The position numbers were made by a program, and so were the translations under genes. From IMG/VR virus record IMGVR_UViG_3300046170_000505: 64,000 bases of DNA; one strand, given 5' to 3'. The DNA comes from a virus. Below the pieces are notes generated by a model that saw only the letters and a list, made by a program, of their open reading frames with translations, ran no database searches and was not told the origin of the DNA. Position 1 is the first letter of the stretch. Each line of letters opens with the position of its first letter. Positions 61,881 through 64,000 of the stretch are shown piece by piece.

Positions 61881-62497
61881 TGAGCGTTACGCTAACAATA
61901 GATCATAGAGTTTTAGGAAAACAAGTAGTCAATTCTTTAGCCTCACTTAATAATGCAACGCAAATTAGAAAAAGCCTCTTTATAGGAAATCAAAGCATTG
62001 ATCAAGTATTTGAAAAAATGAAAAAAGAAATGATAAAAGATTTCTTAATGCACCCCGTGACAAGAGAAATATCAGCAGGCCCAAGCTCTTCTAATATTAG
62101 TGGAACATTAGGAGGGTATGGTAATCTTTTTTCTTTTATTGGTTTTAATAAGGGGGATGACCCTATATCTCCAATAATCAGCTTACTAAATCAAAGCCAT
62201 GTAATAGTATCAAGATTCAATGCCAGAGGTTTCTTAAGAATAACTATAGAGCTTCCTTCTGCAAAGGAAATATTTTCAGCAACCCCAATGCCATGGGCGA
62301 CTGGATTAAGTTGGGCTCAAAGAATTGAAATGGGTATTTCTGGATACCCAAAGTTTATAGCGAGAAAAGATAAAGGAAGATCAGGCGGAGGAATACAGGC
62401 CGAAGAAACTTTATTTACTGGAAGATTTCAAAATGTTAAGTATATTTCAAATTTTATAGCTTTATGGGAAAAAAAATTCCAAAAAATATTTAAATAA
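61880..62497 (+). CDS. Putative neck/tail-completion protein
   Basis: Position; GNLFSFIGF and PW..G.SW...IE.G.SG patterns. Confidence 0.45.
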   Translation: MSVTLTIDHRVLGKQVVNSLASLNNATQIRKSLFIGNQSIDQVFEKMKKEMIKDFLMHPVTREISAGPSSSNISGTLGGYGNLFSFIGFNKGDDPISPIISLLNQSHVIVSRFNARGFLRITIELPSAKEIFSATPMPWATGLSWAQRIEMGISGYPKFIARKDKGRSGGGIQAEETLFTGRFQNVKYISNFIALWEKKFQKIFK

Positions 62498-63402
62498 TGA
62501 TCCCTCAGTTCCAGCATGAAGCCAATACTAGTTTTGCACTCTGGTTAGATTATTATATGTCAACAAAAGCGCAGGCTTTCTCAAACAAAGAAGTTGAGCT
62601 ATATTATACACCAGACGAGAGGCTTCTTCAGTACCCAGAAGACCCACTTGGGTTTACAACTTACAGCAGCGAATATAAGCAATGGGTATATGACCAAGAT
62701 ATACCAGGCGCTCAAATACCAAACGGAATTCATATTGATACTGGAAATGGATACGAATTTTGCGCTAGAGGGCAAAGTGGATTAATGATTGATTTTGATA
62801 ATGGAAGAGTATTGCTTGACGGGGATCAATTCCCAAACAATTATAAAACTTTACAAATCAAAACTGATGTGTCGGTAAAAGATGTAAACGTTTACTTGGC
62901 AGACGACACAGAAGAGAACCTTGTTATTCAAGGAAAATATAATATTAATAGCAGAACTACCCCCAACTACGGCCAAGGGGTTGGGATTGAACCTTATGAT
63001 CATGTCGCTCCAGCTGCATTTGTTTCTATGGAAAGCTCTAGAAATACTCCTTATGCTTTTGGAGGAGAGGATCTTACAAGATTAAATTATAGAGTGATTT
63101 TATTTGCCGAAGATCTTTATCAACTTGACGGATTCATGTCTGTGTGTACCGATGCAAAAGAGTTAGCTATAAGAAATTTAGGTTATGATAATCATCCTTT
63201 TGATAATTATGGAGACTTAAAAGAAGGTTCCTACAGTTATAGTGAAGCGGTTAAAAACTGCCAACACCCTGGACCGTTAATGTTTATAGAAGATGTTCAA
63301 GCCTCTAAAATTAGCGATAAATCTAACAGAACAAACAATCCAGATCTGTATTTAGGGTTCATTGATTTTCAAGTTAGCCAGGCAAGATTTCCAAGAAGTT
63401 AA
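62497..63402 (+). CDS. Putative tail terminator/completion protein
   Basis: Position directly upstream of the tail tube candidate. Confidence 0.4.
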   Translation: MIPQFQHEANTSFALWLDYYMSTKAQAFSNKEVELYYTPDERLLQYPEDPLGFTTYSSEYKQWVYDQDIPGAQIPNGIHIDTGNGYEFCARGQSGLMIDFDNGRVLLDGDQFPNNYKTLQIKTDVSVKDVNVYLADDTEENLVIQGKYNINSRTTPNYGQGVGIEPYDHVAPAAFVSMESSRNTPYAFGGEDLTRLNYRVILFAEDLYQLDGFMSVCTDAKELAIRNLGYDNHPFDNYGDLKEGSYSYSEAVKNCQHPGPLMFIEDVQASKISDKSNRTNNPDLYLGFIDFQVSQARFPRS

Positions 63403-63477
63403 AAAAATATTTCCCAATAATCAAAATGCAATGTAATTCTATACAAACATTTACCTACAAATTAGGAGAAAAACAAA

Positions 63478-64000
63478 ATGGCAGTACATAGAAATCGAGT
63501 AATTTATCAATCTGAAGCATTATTTATAAGTCCAGACGCGACTGGATACCATTACACTGGAGCTAATGGTGAAACCGATCTTGCAAACGGTTCAAAAATA
63601 AACGGAAGCTTCGGCTTAGTGACTCCCCCAATCAATGCTACCCAAGTAGTTGGTGGAAAAAATAACAAAGGCCAAGCGGCTGGATGGATGTGTGGTGACA
63701 CTTGGCCAAAATGGACCCCAGATGGAGAATCCCTCTTGAAGGCAAAATTTGATAATACTGTTGATGTTGATAGCACAACTATTAACGTAACTGTCACCGC
63801 TAAGGTTTTTGACGGACAAGATTTTAATTTTACAAGTCTTGCACGTCCAGCAGATACTCTTGGCCAAGAATTCCCAGCTGCAGACTTTGACGTTACTGGA
63901 GATCCTGCAGGTGACTCAAGGCTCCTTGACGCTATTATCGATAACAATGAAACAATTCAAAGTAACAATGCGGCTGCACATACTGCTTCATCTATAGCTA
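63478..64000 (+). CDS. Putative major tail (tube) protein, 3'-truncated by the window edge
   Basis: AGGAG ribosome-binding site; starts MAVHRNRVIYQSEALFISPDATG and stays open to the window end (missing from the track because there is no stop). Confidence 0.55.
   Translation, partial: MAVHRNRVIYQSEALFISPDATGYHYTGANGETDLANGSKINGSFGLVTPPINATQVVGGKNNKGQAAGWMCGDTWPKWTPDGESLLKAKFDNTVDVDSTTINVTVTAKVFDGQDFNFTSLARPADTLGQEFPAADFDVTGDPAGDSRLLDAIIDNNETIQSNNAAAHTASSIA

Noticed and set aside
270-63947. Many antisense or alternate-frame ORFs in the track (e.g. 777, 1489, 4578, 7546, 16714, 19048, 37720, 54151, 54907, 57980, 63552)
   Set aside because: They are shadows of longer, motif-supported genes, with F/L/S/I-rich composition and no promoter or ribosome-binding site.
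1-64000. Stop-codon reassignment as the cause of the many short ORFs
   Set aside because: TAA, TGA and TAG all end genes that abut the next start, and the long genes (rIIA, TerL, portal, MCP) are intact in code 11.

Overview
A 64-kb piece of a large AT-rich tailed dsDNA phage genome in the standard genetic code, with three zones. (1) About 1-23 kb: a dense, almost entirely + strand array of small early genes. Recognisable ones are a macrodomain, DUF551-like, AbrB-like, DUF1281-like and SprT-like proteins, tRNA-Cys and rIIA/rIIB. Many are driven by sigma70-type promoters, often leaderless. (2) About 23-37 kb: a promoter-driven structured ncRNA of about 330 nt, then a 13-kb cassette-like region punctuated by 15 copies of an exactly 67-bp double-palindrome element (25-17-25 bp, IHF-like half-sites). 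On the + strand, six copies sit exactly 31 bp upstream of a non-consensus -35 box. On the - strand, several copies supply the stop codon of the adjacent gene. (3) About 37-64 kb: the late/structural module with fibre-like proteins, an orphan Xre/MbcA-type antitoxin domain, PhoH, a GAF-type holin candidate, an ECF-like sigma factor, an ERCC4 nuclease, TerL, portal, protease/scaffold, decoration protein, MCP, an S74 tail fibre and neck/tail genes. Many late genes are preceded by a GTGTA motif. The host may be a verrucomicrobium (weak inference). All family calls come from motif recognition by eye; no database searches were run.
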